A stretch of 64,000 nucleotides of DNA from Octopus vulgaris (GCA_951406725.2 OX597817.1:130262001-130326000); one strand, 5' to 3'; shown: positions 27,596-43,050, counted from the first letter of the stretch. Program-made: numbers and translations. The notes: generated by a model not told the origin, from the sequence alone.

Positions 27596-28390
27596 TTGGC
27601 AGAATCGTTAGCACACCAGGCGAAATGCTTAGTGATATTTCGTCTGCCGTTACGTTCTGAGTTCAAATTCCGCCGAGGTCGACTTTGCCTTTCATCATTT
27701 CGGGGTTGATTAAATAAGTACCAGTTACGCACTGGGGTCGATATAATCGACTTAATCCGTTTGTCTGTCCTTGTTTGTCCCCTCTGTGTTTAGCCCCTTG
27801 TGGGTAGTAAAGAAATAGGTATCTCTCCCGTCGCTACGTTCAGAGTTTAAATTCCTCCGAAGTCAATTTTGCCTTTCATCCTTTCGGGGTCGATAAAATG
27901 AAGTATTAGTGAAGCACTAGGGTCGATGCAATAAACTTCAGGCCTTGTGCATATAGTTGAAAGGTTTATCATTATTATTATTATCCTTATTGCTGTTATT
28001 AATATCATTATTGTTGTAGTTGTTGTTGTTGTTAGTGTTACTGCTGCTGTTGTTGTTGGAGCGGCGAGCTGGTAGAATCGCAACCGCGCCGAACAAATTA
28101 CTTAACGGCATTTCTTTATGTTCGGAGTTCAAGTGCCACTGAGGTCGACTTTGCCTTTCATTCTTTCGGGGTCGACAAAATAAGTACCAGTTGAGCACTG
28201 AAATTGATAAAATCGACTTCTAATTCCCCTTAAAACTGGTGGCCTTGTGCCAAAAATTACAAACAATTAGGTCGGCTTTCAGCCTTCCGGGGTCGAGGAA
28301 ATTAGTATCAGATAAGCACTGAAGCTGATGTAATCACTAGTCCCTCTCCTAAAATATTTTATGCCTTGTGCCTGTAATAGAAAGGATTAT
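27596..28390 (+). mobile_element. Two adjacent dimeric Nin/Deu-like SINE copies
   Basis: tggcagaatcgttagcacaccaggcg at 27597 and gcggcgagctggtagaatcg at 28061, each followed by the gcctttcatcctttcggggtcga domain twice. Confidence 0.75.
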
Positions 28391-30090
28391 AATTATTATT
28401 TTGTCTTTATCACAGGTTTTGTTGGAGCTCCTGGAGTTTTGCATGCGTAGCGGGCTTACTACCTGCAGCTTACAGTACCATGCTAATTAGGCACATCTAA
28501 GAGTGCATCCATAGAAGTGTTCCGGATCATCAAGGATGTTTGAAGTTTATGAAACTGCTCCAGGTCAGCAAAAATATTCAGTTATAAACATACATAGAAG
28601 CATTCAGGGTTAACAAGAACGCTGAAGACTGTCGAGATATTTAGAGGTAACTAAAATGTTTAAAATGAACAAAAAGTCTAGAGGTAAGTGGAGGGTTCAT
28701 GACGTCTTCAGAATCTCCGAGACTGGTTAGAGGAGACGTAGAGAAGTATCCGTAACTGAAAGTGTAACCAGAATGCTGGTTATGGAATAGATTGTTCTAA
28801 AAGCATCCAAAGGATAGGTAGTGGCATTAAACCAGGTAATATATTAAACCCACAACCCTTGCAGGCTACGTCATAATTTGAACTCAGAAGACTAAGAGCT
28901 GGAATAAATATCGCAAAGCATCCTATACGATGTTCTAACGATTTCGTCAATCAAGCACCGTACGTCGGTATTTTATCTACGCCGGGAAGATGAAAAGTAA
29001 AGGGGTCTTCGTCCGGAACTGAACTCAGGACGTAAGAGGGTACAAGAAATATTGGCTTCTGATATCTTATCGCTTCTACCAACGTGACATCGAAGAATGT
29101 TCAAAGTTAGTAAATACTGGGTAAGAATGTTTTAACAAAATTTTCAAATAATAATATTACGGTTTCTAGAGCGTACCTGTGTTTAATCTTCATTGGCAAT
29201 TTTTTAATATTTTTAGAAAATTGGTTGTGTATCATTCAGTTGTGGCAATTATAAATCAGATGTAAAATGTATTTTTAACTGTTGGATCGGCGAAGTTCCT
29301 GATCTTTTCAGTTTGCTTCTTTACAACGCTATCATAGGTTGTTCTTCCTATGTCGATAATCAATACGTTATTGTCAACCTTGTCATAGGGATGATATAAG
29401 GTTTATTATATGATATCTAATGGCCTGTTTGTACGGTAAAGTTCCATAGTATTTTCATTTTGACATATACCATGAATGCCAGAGATACCAAGTTTATTGT
29501 TGTTGTTAGGGCGGCGAAGCATTTGCACAGATATAACATATCTTCTATGATTGCACCACAGTTTATAAATATACCATCAATGTAGTCACTTTTTTTTTCC
29601 ATTTCCTACTGTTGCTTCAGTTTCAGACTTTAGCCATATGAAGTCAGAGCCAATATTTTGTGTGAATTTTATTGCTGTGGGTAAAAACCAATTTGCTCCA
29701 TTTTTCAAAATCATTTCTTGGAAGATATAAATGTAATGGAGAACATCAACGGTCGCCTCGCTGTATTGTTCTCTATTGCCGTGTAGCCCGCTACCACTCT
29801 ACCATTGCGAGGGATTATGTGGTAAATAGTCTATATTTTTTTTTACCTGGTATACTTGTTTGTTTAATTCACATAGGCATAAAAATATAACTCCAACTAC
29901 ATTCAGAATCGTTGAGCACTCTTGGTGACTAAATATCTCACGTCAATGAACTAAATTTGTACTGCTAAGCTTCATGTACGACCATCTGCGATATGCAAGT
30001 ATATATATATATATATAAAAATATATATTATACTTTATATAAATATGTGTTATGTATGTAAGCTTGCATGCATGTACGTATGTATGTATA

Positions 30091-30196
<106 letters not shown>

Positions 30197-30224
30197 TGTA
30201 TGTATGTATATATATATATATATA

Positions 30225-31278
30225 TCTTATTATAAAAGGCAGATTTTATCTGCCTCCCTTTGTAAGTTATAGAAATCTACAATATAGGATTTCTTCAATT
30301 ACAATTTACCTACCATTTTTAAGAGTACAATGCATCGGGTCATGCCAGGTCCAGTTTTTAAAATTTAAACTCCAATTAAGCAAAATTTACAGAAAACTCA
30401 CATTCTGGTGCGTATGTCAAATGCTCTTCTTAATGTGGTTTACACCACACGCAAACGCACACACACACAAAGGGAACGAACTGTTTCACTGACGCTATCA
30501 CCCTTCTCCTCCTTTGAAAACAGTGAATCCGACAGCGATAAAGAAAACGAATTGGTACCTGAATGGAGTGAAAATTTAAAAACTGTTTCTTTCGGTGATT
30601 TTTCTGAAGAAACTGGACCAAGCCACAGACTTTCCCAGAAGAGTAAAGCCTTAAACTATTTCTATTTACTTTTTCGAATGAGCCTATTTGAAATCATTAC
30701 GGCAGAAACGAAACGTTACGCTAAACGTAAACAAAACGAAAGAAAGGATAGTTTGTTATTTCCCACAACCTTAAATGAAATTAAGGCCTATTTTGCCATA
30801 AATATTATTATGGGTATCAGAAAGTTACCCAGAATAACAAATTATATCGTAAAATTTTGTTGTATACCCAATTGAATATTAGCTAATAACCCATTTTCTA
30901 TAGCGATGTTTGAACAAAATTTTAATAATTTTATATATTGTTGAATTTACCTGTATCTACCTGCAATTAGAGTCACTTTGTGACAAAAATTATAGTATAG
31001 AATTGGTTGAGGACATTTCTACGATTTCTACGATGAGTCTACGATTTAAAAAAATTTACCATCATATTTTTCCATTTTAATGCATTTTTTTCGCTATTAT
31101 ATAAGGGAAGTAACTCTCCAAAAATATCTACGATGTGTCAACGATTTAAAAAGAAATTTACCTTAATTTTTTTTCCATTTTTAATGCATTTTTTTCCTAT
31201 TTTTTGGCTATAACTCTCTAAAAATGCTTATATAGTTATTTCCCTTACAAACCCGAGCAACGCCGGGCGATACTGCTA

Positions 31279-31279
<1 letters not shown>
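30225..31279 (+). mobile_element. Non-autonomous Helitron-like element
   Basis: A|TCttattataaaa 5' end; subterminal hairpin cccgagcaacgccggg 31252-31267; CTAG|T 3' end; no TSD; inserted in (TA)n. Confidence 0.8.
30500..30850 (+). pseudogene. piggyBac-like (PGBD4-type) transposase N-terminal fragment inside the Helitron
   Basis: Acidic SDSD stretch then FSEETGP...LNYFYLLF...FEIITAETKRYA...TTLNEIKAYFAINIIMGIRKLPRITNY; no DDD core. Confidence 0.75.
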
Positions 31280-31343
<64 letters not shown>

Positions 31344-31362
31344 TGTATGTATGTATGTATGC

Positions 31363-31407
<45 letters not shown>

Positions 31408-31452
31408 CTTTATAAAATTATTTTAGCATTTTCTATCCTGACTTGCTTTTTA

Positions 31453-31522
<70 letters not shown>

Positions 31523-31819
31523 GAAAGAGAGAGGAGGTATAAGATGAAAAAAATTATTTCACCAATTGTCCCAACATCGCCTGACAACCGACGCTGGTGT
31601 GTTTAGCGGTTTGGCAAGAAGACCGATAGAATGAGTACTAGGCTTACAAAGACTAAGTCCTGGGGTCGATTTGCTCGACTAAAAGCGGTTCTGCGGCATG
31701 ATCGCCGTCAAATGACTGAAACACGTAAAAAAAAATAAAAGAATAAATAAATCATAAATTATTTTACATACCTGCATTGACGTATGTAAATTAAATTATA
31801 TTATTCAGTTGTACAATTT

Positions 31820-32011
31820 ATATATTAATACAGTTCTATATTTAAGAGATGAGGAATTATGTACTTTATTCACATTATTTACATTCGACGGATATTTGTC
31901 CTCATCTTGTTTGTTGTTAACACAACGTTTCAGCTGATATACCCTCCAGCCTTCATCAGGTGTCTTGGGGAAATTTTGAACCTTGGTTCTCATTCCTAAG
32001 GTATTTTTCGA

Positions 32012-32042
<31 letters not shown>

Positions 32043-32165
32043 GCTGCTCAGGTCACTGCTTGGAATCGAACTCGGAATCTTGGGGTTAGTAGCGCGGGGT
32101 TAAGAACGCGGGCCACTAACCCCATGATCCCGAGTTCGATTCCAAGCAGTGACCTGAACAATAAT

Positions 32166-32220
<55 letters not shown>

Positions 32221-32395
32221 GTAATAATAACATCGAAAATACCTTAGGAATGAGAACCCAGGTTCGAAATTTCCCCAAGACTCCTGATGATGGCTGTAGG
32301 GTATATCAGCCGAAGCGTTGTGTTAATAACAAGCAAGATGAGGATAAATATCCGTCGAATGTAAATAATGTAAATGATGTAAATTAATACAATTC
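31820..32395. mobile_element. Head-to-head pair of a tRNA-headed element: B box, (AAT)n, minimal HHR
   Basis: Arms diverge from ~32092; gagttcgattcc at 32132-32143 and mirror; HHR acac-CTGATGA-a-ggctg...cagct-GAAA-cg-TT-gtgt at 31919-31963 (-) and a mutated copy at 32280-32324 (+). Confidence 0.8.
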
Positions 32396-32587
32396 TTTAT
32401 TTTATATATATACTTACGAATGAGTAGACAGATGAAAAGAAAAGATGCATTTATTTGGAGTTACATATAGTATTTAAAACGGTTTCATTCGGTCCTACGC
32501 AACTCGATGTTTCGTAGGTTTCTGCAAGTAGCCAACGAAACTCTAAACCGCATGGGATCGAATCAAACTGAATTAAATAATATTTAG

Positions 32588-32658
<71 letters not shown>

Positions 32659-34756
32659 TGTAAGTGTGTGTGCGCGCGCGCATGCATACATTCATGTATG
32701 TAGAAATGACTAATCTATTTTTCTTTACATTTCATATCACTTTCATGTAAAGTTATTTATATCATACTTAAACTACGATAACTTTTGTTATGAACAAGTG
32801 ACCTTTAATCCAGATCAACTTACACTACCTCTGCCACTGTTACCCACCACCACCACCACCACCACCACCACCCCCATCTCCAACAACAACAATGTGCTCG
32901 AAGCTACAAAACAACGACCTCCGTCACCAGCACAGCGACCATAACCACTAGCTATATCTAAATCATCATCATCATCATCATCATCATCGTCATTAACAGC
33001 GCCACCAAAGTGTTCTATCTACACATACTATCTATCACTAATGACTTAAATCAATTAGAATCTCGGTGTTACAATGGTATTCTTGAAATTACGAATCTGA
33101 TTTACGTATCGAATCCTGTGGGAACAGTGTTCCGTTTCTGACACTGATACGTATCAATCATACAGACGTTAATAACATGTATTGAATATAATTATCACTT
33201 TAGTCTGGCCTGTTCTCTTAACTTTCTTACTAAGTTACGCGTATGTGTGATATGGTGATATCGTATTTTCACACATACACGAATGGAGAGATACAGCAGC
33301 TAGCGTGCGCGTGCATATTTATATAAGCATTCAAACGGACAGACACCAGAAACATGTATAAACACAGCAACAAACACAAACAAATACGCAGAAACACAGA
33401 TACATTGATATACGTGCGTGTATATAAGAAAGGTCTAAATGAGATATTTATGGAATTTAACCTAAAAATCCTCATTAGAAATGGCGTAAGTGCTGTTAAA
33501 GTGTCAGCCATTACGTTAGATATAATTACCCATAAGCACAGTCCTTGTGCGAAAAACAAACGAAACCTACTTATGTCAACAGAAATTCTTAATCATCTGC
33601 CTACAATCATAAAAATAAATCTAATTATAAACGTTAGCAAGAGAAGAATATTTAACATATCTTCCACCCAAAACAATATTTAATCGTGCTATTATGGACA
33701 TTGTGATGAGAAAAAATGGATGTAAGGGGATTCAAAAGCGGTAAATGTAAACAGTATCGAGCCCAACCCAAACCTTATGCCTGATATAACCAGACATTAT
33801 ATTGATCTGAAAACATTTCCTTGCCAACAATAAGTACCAGAAGCTCTTCAATGGAAACAAAAAAACAAAGAAACTAAGAAGAGAGGAACCTTGTGCTATA
33901 GTTGTATAGCAAACATTGTCATTAAGAGAGTTGGAAGCACATCTAACAACAAATGAAAACCCATTTCTAGATTGCATCTAACATAGTACAATATACTGTC
34001 CACTTTATGGCAAGCGTCTAAGCAGTATATAATAATACTCTGTGCAATAATATCTGAAAATGGTACATTAAAAAAATCCCATTTGGCTCCAAGAAAATAA
34101 TTTGGAATACAGCCATTTACTGAACATCCATTCTTTCCTCAACAAAAACAAAATGGATTCTACATTTCTGTTGTGTTACAGCTTGACCAGGAAAATAATA
34201 TTTTTATATAATGGTCAACGGAGAAATAAATGGACAGTACTTACGGTATTTTCAAGCCCTGCCAGGCTGGCGACAGTCGATAACCATCGTCCATGACTTT
34301 GTAAGCCCAGGAAAACAGACGAAGTCGATATACGAGTTGGTTTCGTTTGCACTAAATGCATCAAATCACCCTATATACACCACATATATACGGATACGAG
34401 TGTGCTGTCCCCTCTCAGATTCATACACTTATTGCAGTTGTCCTTCAGTTTTACTAAGCCCTGTAAAAGAACTTGGACGGTTGGGCCTCCAACCAGGCCT
34501 TTCGCCATACCCTTAAAGCCAGGAACTTTTCAGCATTCCCTCGTTTATAGAGAGAGACAGGGAGAAGAGGAAGAAAATTTTAAAATGTGAGAATTAGAGT
34601 TTTGGGGCTGACGGATTAGTAAAAGTACTTTGTGCAGGATTCACGGGGTGATACATATTAGGGGTAGCAGAGAGAAGTGGGATAGGTATATTTGGTGGTC
34701 ATTAATGGGGGAGGAGGTAAGCAATTAGACCGTTCAAAGAAACAAGGATTTTTGGT

Positions 34757-34802
<46 letters not shown>

Positions 34803-35517
34803 GGAGTGGTAACAGCACGTATATGAACGAATGATAGTAGTATCTTACAGGAGAATTTTTGCCAATAAATTGAATTACTTCGTTTTTAAAATTTTGATTA
34901 AGATATCAGAATGTGTATCAGCAGGAGCGGCAACCCTGATCTGTGATCAGTAAGTCGATAACCATCAATTAACTCACCTTTATTCAAAATATGAGCCCTT
35001 CATATCAACAGATGTAAAAGATTTTCGTTACGAGGTGGAAAAGGGCAATATTGTCGTGCAGAATTTTAAAATGTTTAATAAACGACAAAGACACTGTTCC
35101 GAAATGCAGTAAATACTCTTAACTTCTTCAAGTTATAAACGAGATAAAATCCCGTTTTATAGTTGTTACTGACAGCTGCTAGACCAACTCTGAAAGAGAT
35201 CAGCTAATTCCAGCACTTCTTTACTCAAATTGCTACGTTCGAGCATTAAATAACCAATGTTTGTTATGTTTGCTTTGAATTCCAATTATTTTAAAGTATG
35301 GCACTTAATCCATCAGTGACTTTTGCTAAACCGCTAAATAACAGGGAATGTAAACAAACTAACACCGATTCTCTAGCGGTGGGGAGAGACGTAAAGATCA
35401 GAATAGTAACAGAATGAATCATTAGCTTCTAGGAAGTTGATAAACTTCACTAAATGTATTCAATACGCTCGTTTCGATTGTACAACCACTCCCACCCCCC
35501 TCTCTCTCTTTCTCTCC

Positions 35518-35548
<31 letters not shown>

Positions 35549-35572
35549 CCTTTCTCTCTCTCTCTCTCTCTC

Positions 35573-35603
<31 letters not shown>

Positions 35604-35630
35604 AGGGAGAGCAAGAGACGTCACGTAACA

Positions 35631-36571
35631 GGCGCGGGCGTAGCTGTATGATAAAAAAGTTTGCTTCGCATCCACATGGTTTCAAATCCAATCCCCTCTG
35701 CGTCACCTTGAATGAGTGTCTTCTACTTCAGGCCAAGGCATATCGATGCCCAGTGACTGAAGTGATTTAGACGGAAACTGTGTGGAAGCCCGGAGTTTGT
35801 ATGTGTATCATATATGTATGTATGTATGTATGTATGTAGGTAGGTAGGTAGGTAGGTAGGTAGGTAGGTAGGTAGGTAGATAGATATATGTATGTACGTA
35901 TGTATGTATGTAGGTAGGTAGGTAGGTAGGTAGGTAGGTAGGTAGGTAGGTAGGTAGGTAGGTAGGTAAGTGCATATGTTTGTATTTGAGTGCGTGTTCT
36001 GGTGTTTGCTCCCCACCGCTAGAGAATCGGTGTTAGTTTGTTTACGTCCCTCGTTATTTAGCGGTTTAGCAGAAGTCACTGATGGAATAAGTGCCATACT
36101 TTAAAATAATAAGTACTCAGATCTATTTGACTGACTAAACTTTTCAGGACGTTGCCTCAGCATGGCCCTGACTGCAGAGCAAGGAAAAGAATTTCTATGA
36201 AATTGTAAAATTTATAAGGCGGCGTGGTGGCAGATTCGTTAGCACTTAAGACAAAGCGGCATTTATTCCGTCTCTTTACGTTCTGAGCTCAAATTCCACC
36301 AAAGTCATCTTTGCCTTCCACCTCTTTCGAGGTTGATAAAGTAAAGTACTGATCAAGTATTGGTGTTGATGAAATTGATTTGTCCCTTTCTCCAAACTCA
36401 GGCTTTGTGCCTATATCAGAACCAAAACAAAAAATTAAAGACGGCTGTGAGGTAATAAGCTGGGTTCCCAGCCACATTGTAGTGAGTTCAGTGCCACTGC
36501 GTGGCACCTTGGGAAAATGCCTTCTACTATAGCTTCGAATTTAGTTGACGGAAACTGGAAGAAGCACATCG

Positions 36572-36627
<56 letters not shown>

Positions 36628-36860
36628 GGGAGGGGGTCTGTGTGTCTGTGTTTGTACCCCACCACCACTCGACAACCAGTGTAGGTGTGTTTATGTACCC
36701 GTAGGTGTGTACCCGTAGGTGTGTTTATGGCAAAAGATGTCGATTAGATATAGGCACCAAGCTTTAAAAAATAAGTCCCGGAGTCGATTTCTTTGGCGAA
36801 AACCCTTCAAGGCGGTGCCCCAGCATGGCCGCAATCAAAAATGATTGAAACAAGTAAACG
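35631..36860 (+). mobile_element. SINE cluster: two CORE-like copies (35631-36190, 36440-36860) and one Nin-like copy (36218-36430)
   Basis: Family heads and cores as above; tail ggcggtgccccagcatggccgcaatcaaaaatgattgaaacaagtaaa at 36811-36858. Confidence 0.75.
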
Positions 36861-37736
36861 GTTCATTTTTACCCCCTAGGAAAGGTATGTCCCCCGTACG
36901 TTTTTAATTTTTTTTTTATGCTCCAAGAAACTTGTCCATGGGACCTAAATAGGTTCACCGTTGACGTAGACGTTTACCACATGATAATTAGGTGAGATGA
37001 TGAGATTAAAACTTTTTTTTCTGAGCTAGTTATTTCAGTTAGTTGATTCTTCGCTATCACAATTTGTATATCTCTTCACATACCAGCACCACACCCGCCC
37101 ACTTTCTCGTTACTTTACAATGTAAACATTATTAAATAACAATTACAAGGCTATAATTGTTGCACATTTTATTTCTCCAATCATTAAAACGAGCAACCAC
37201 CACCGCCTCCAACAACACCATAACTACTACTATTACTACTACTACTACTAAATCACTATCAACAACGATAACAAAAGCAACAAGCATTACTGTAACAACA
37301 AGCATTATTATAACAAGAACAGTAACGAAAAATTACACAAACATCAAATATATAAAACAACAGCAACAAAACCATATAAACGAATTTTACTGTTTTTTTC
37401 AAGTTTTTTTATAGGGTGGGAGTGAGGGAGAGATGAGAAATTATGTGAGTCACAACATCACGTGACCCGCAACTATTTTTATTTTTGCAGTTTATTTATT
37501 TATTTATTTTCAAAAAACCGTTTTGTTTCTTTGATAGTTTCTGTTGTTTCACTGAGTTGTTTTATTTCAAATACTTTTTAGTTATTCCAATTTCTTGGCT
37601 TTGCTGTTTTTGCTTTAACTGCGGTGTATGTGAAGGTCGGTCATGTTCGAGCAAACCTATGGCATTCCAGTGATGACCATCCTGTTTGTTTCAAAACAAA
37701 AAACACTCAAACTCTTAGCATTTCTGTATATCCTCC

Positions 37737-38938
37737 AGGTTGGAACGAAAGTTCTGTCCGTTTATCCTAATTGAAATAAAAATGAAAAAGCAGTCATAAA
37801 TAGATTCATTTAATCACCAGCATAGTCACCATTCTTTTCAATGACATCTTCCCATCTTTCCCAAATCTTTTTGATACCCTTTTCATAAAATTCATTTGGT
37901 TTTGACTCGCAAAAAGAAACTAGCTTCATTTCAACCTCTTCTCTTGAAGTAAGCCGAAGTAACTTCAAAATGATTCTGTAAGCTTCCAAAAAGATGGTAA
38001 TCTGCTGGAGCAAGGTCAAGAGAATAAGGTGGTTGAAGCATAATTTCCCAGCCAAATTCTTCTAGGAGATTCTGATACACTCTTGCAGTGTGGGGTCTGG
38101 CATTATCATGCTGCAGGATCACTCTTGTTCTGTTTACCATCAAAGGCTGTTTTTCCTGCAAAACTTTTTAAACATCTTAGCTGCTGGCAGTAAACTTGGG
38201 CTGTTATTGTTTGATTGTCATCTAACAGCTCATGGCCCGTCATACACTCACAAGAATCTTCTTTGGATGCGGACGAGTTCGAGGCTGTTGGACAGGCCTT
38301 GAATTACGGCTGAGTCACTGTTTTTGTGCTTAACATTATTGTAGAGAATCCAGTTCTTATCTCCAGTAATGATTCTATCTAAAAATGGTGTTTGAAGACA
38401 CCGCAGTCCACACGTTATTTGCGATTGCTTTCTGACAGATCATGTGGAACCCATCTTCCAGCCTTGGAGACTACCAAGTCTTATTATTTCATGATAGATG
38501 ATCATATGGCTCACATTAAACTCCTTGCTCAGTTCCTAATTGTAATGGTTGGATTTTCATCAACGGAAGCTTGCAATTCCTCAGAATTAAGTCCTTTGAG
38601 GCGGCCTTCTCTTACTTCATCTTTTAGACTGAAGTCACCCTCTTTGAAACGTGAAAACCATCTTCTGCATGTCCTTTCATTCACCACATCATTTCCATAA
38701 GTGTTTTTGAGTGATCTTGCTACTGAACTTACTGTATTCCTCTTCTGGAATTCAAACAGTAATACATGCCGTGTGTGCTCTTTACATGAAGTGTACATTT
38801 GGGTCATCTGAAAGAAGAAATGATATTTTAGCGATTTAGATAGCTACTAATATTATTTAGAAGTTAGGTTGCTGTAAACATGTCTTAAAATTATCCTACA
38901 AAAAAAAGATAAAACTGACAGAACTTTCGTTACAACCT
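37737..38938 (-). mobile_element. Mariner (DD34D-type) relic with TIRs
   Basis: aggttggaacgaaagttctgtc / gacagaactttcgttacaacct; RTCRRWFSRFKEGDFSLKDEVREGR, LQHDNARPHTA, PPYSLDLAPADYHLF. Confidence 0.9.
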
Positions 38939-39046
38939 AAGACATAGGAGTGTAATTTTCGAGAAGATTTTCGCCAAAATTTTCAAGAGATCGAGTGACC
39001 GCAATGAGGTTCCCTATCTCTTCTCGAACTGTTTCTCCATCCTTCA

Positions 39047-39085
<39 letters not shown>

Positions 39086-39341
39086 TTTTAATTTCTGCAC
39101 TCTCACACACACACGCACACACGCGCGCGCGCGCGTACACGCACACATATAATTTTTATCTTTTAAATGTTACAGCCATTGGACTGCGGTCATGTTGGAG
39201 TTCAGTTTTTTCACATTGCTTTCTTCTGTAAATTATGTTGAGGGTATAAATATCTAGGGAATACTCAGTTACATGTTCATTTAATGAATAAAGTTTCTTT
39301 CATTACTGAAAAAGACTGTGGATCCGGAGTGTGTGTGTGTA

Positions 39342-39388
<47 letters not shown>

Positions 39389-39871
39389 AATTAAGGATGT
39401 CTTTGCGGTCACTCGGTCGCTTGGAAATATTTTTTTTTAAATAGAAAACAACAGAGCATTTGCTGAATCGGAGACAATACAGAAAGCCTAAACAAATAAA
39501 CCACACACATACACGCACTGTAGGCATGATAGGGTAGAAAATCGGTGTATTTTCAATGTAGTACTCAACCCGAACGCCTGGTTATCTACACCCTCAAACT
39601 GGATCCTTGAGAAAAATTGGAGTCTACCGTTGCCGAAACTGTTCGTACTTGACTGGTAAAAGTAATGAGTTTTTATACTTTTTATTCCTCTTATCATTAT
39701 TATTGTTTTGTTTTTATCCATTTTCATTCATCCTTTTTAACTCTTATTTATAATTACTACCATGCCTCCTCTCTGTATGAGCAAATATTAAAATACATGT
39801 TCGTCGCACAAACTAAGCACGCACATCTTGATGCTGAACTGATGAAGTGACACTCCAATCGCATATATTAC

Positions 39872-40598
<727 letters not shown>

Positions 40599-40999
40599 CT
40601 ATTGCGTAACTTTTCGCATAGAATCATTTACATGCAATACAGTTAGCAACGGGGTGATACAGAAACAATTGTAACTAATAATGAAGTTATGGTATATACA
40701 TTTTACGCCTTCTTACTTGTATTATATACGTATGTAGGCGTATATACATACATGCGTATATACCGACATAGATGCTGCACATAAGTTTATTCCTTCGAAC
40801 AGAACGACATTGCCTGTACACGTGTCACTGTGACCCACGCGTCAGATGTAGAAGTGATCAGAGTGTAGTGAAATAAAATGGCTTTGCTCAAGAAAATAAA
40901 ACATCGTCTGGTTCAGAAATCGAAACCACTATTTTGCAATTGTGAGTGCAACACACTAACTACTAGGCCACATGCGTTCGTACTATATATGCGTGTGTA

Positions 41000-41045
<46 letters not shown>

Positions 41046-41256
41046 AGGGAGAGAACGAGAGTGTGTGTATATTCGTGTGTGTGTGTGTGCGCGCGCGTGT
41101 GTGTGCGCGTGTGTGCGTTCGTGCATACATATATGTATATGTTATATATGTATATATGATTCGAACTTAGACTCTGACGTCTATACAAGCCCTAAGTTCG
41201 AATCATTTGAGCGTTAAGTGTTTTCTATACTGAGAATCTCTGGATCTCATTTGTTG

Positions 41257-41310
<54 letters not shown>

Positions 41311-41399
41311 TGCTTGTGCGCGCATGTGCGTGTCCAAAAATTAAGGCATGTAATAGATAAAATTTAGGTTACTTGTTTCATCGCTAACAGAACCTCGAA

Positions 41400-41730
41400 A
41401 GTAGTAAATCATCTGTTTGGGACGGACAAGAAAAAGTAAGTACCGCCATAGAGGTCAGCTTCCCTGTTGATGTAAATACCTCTTCGAAAATCAAGGAGAA
41501 AGTAGATAACTATGGACAACGGCTTCAAAAACCTCCAGCTTCTATATCCAGATTATAACTTCAGATTTATACCAATAATAATTGGTGCCCTTGGTTTTGT
41601 GAGTAAATGCCGTAGTAAGAGTCTGGATAAGCTTGGGTTTTCAGAAAGAGAAATGAACCAGCTAATTTGCCCATTACAGATACAATCTGTAAATAGAACA
41701 GTAGAAATATACAAGAATTTTTTCTAGTTT
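41400..41730 (+). mobile_element. Restriction-like endonuclease C-terminus of an R4/Dong/NeSL-type non-LTR retrotransposon
   Basis: VWDGQEKVSTAIEVSFPVDVN...KIKEKVDNYG then (frameshift) LLYPDYNFRFIPIIIGALGFV. Confidence 0.72.
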
Positions 41731-41794
41731 GAAATACGAATTTGTTTTTTGCTATTTACATCCCAGTGACGAGGCTTTGTATCTCTGTTAGTAA

Positions 41795-42054
41795 AATAAA
41801 AATAAATGCGCCCTTTTAAAGCCTAGCCAGGCTCATGGGCCCGGTTTCCCGGTTTCAATGGCGTATGTGTTCCCCTGCCGGACGGGACGCCAGTCCATCG
41901 CAACGTTACTCATTTTTGCCAGCTGAGTGGACTGGAGCAACGTGAAATGAAGTGTTTTGCTCAAGAACACAACGCGTCACCCGGTCTAGGAATCGAAACC
42001 ATAATCTTACGGTCATGATGCTGACACCCTAACCACTAAGCCACGCGCCTCCAC
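41795..42054 (-). mobile_element. Full-length tRNA-derived SINE with 14-bp TSD
   Basis: TSD atctctgttagtaa at 41781-41794 and 42055-42068; head ggaggcgcgtggcttagtggttagg...ggtttcgattcc. Confidence 0.92.
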
Positions 42055-42619
42055 ATCTCTGTTAGTAACCAACTCTTTTCTCAGAGGAAAAATTCAAATA
42101 ATTAAAAAATAGAAGAGAACATATATACATATATTCATTCAGACATATCCACATACACACATACACACATACATACATACATACATACATACACACACAC
42201 ATACATACATACATACATACATACATACATACATACATACATACATACATACATACATACATACATACATACATACATACATTTTATTCTTGATTCAACT
42301 TGTTGGTTATGACCTTTCAGCAACAGACATGCATCCATGCACACGCTTACGCAAGCTTTCATGCACACACACGCTCTCTTCCCCTCTCCCTCCTCTCTCT
42401 CTCTCTCTCTCTCTCGCACACACACACACACACACATACACACATACACACACGCACACACACAAGCGCGCTCCTGCGGTAGTGAGTGTGCAGAAACTGG
42501 TCTGAAGCAACAGTCCATGTTACAAAATAATCAATGCAAATACTTGCTATTTTATTATTACATTCGCCATTTATTACAAGTATTCAGGAACCTAAATAAC
42601 TTCACAGTTTTAGTATCAT

Positions 42620-43050
42620 GTTGTTATATTTGTTGCTATTGTTGTTGATGCTGTTGCTGTAGTCTTGTAGAGTTGGTGGTGGTGGTGGTGGTGGTGGTGG
42701 TGGTGGTGGATGCGGTGTATAGCTGTTGTTGTTATTTTTGTTCTTGTTGCCAGTACTGTTGTTTTTCAATGAAGTCTGGTGCCTAGCTGGCAGTAATAAT
42801 TAGCGGGTACATGTTAATAATGGCGGTGGTGGTACTGCTGGTGGTGCTGGTGGTGCTGGTGGTGCTGGTGCTGGTGGTACTGGTGGTGCTAGTGGTGGAG
42901 GTGATAGTAGTGGTGGATGTATTGGTGGAGGTAGTGTTGCAGGTGTGTGTGGTGGTAGTGGTGGTGGTGATGATGATGATGATGATGATGATGATAATGA
43001 TAAGGATGATGATGATGATGACGACGACGACGATGACGATGATGATAATG

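Noticed and set aside
28395-28490. Splice-acceptor-like ttttgtctttatcacag followed by a possible exon
   Set aside because: The frames I read close within ~25 codons and no recognisable protein or partner exon is evident.
39780-39865. Isolated CTGATGA (also at ~4150)
   Set aside because: No matching stems or downstream GAAA-UH; expected by chance.
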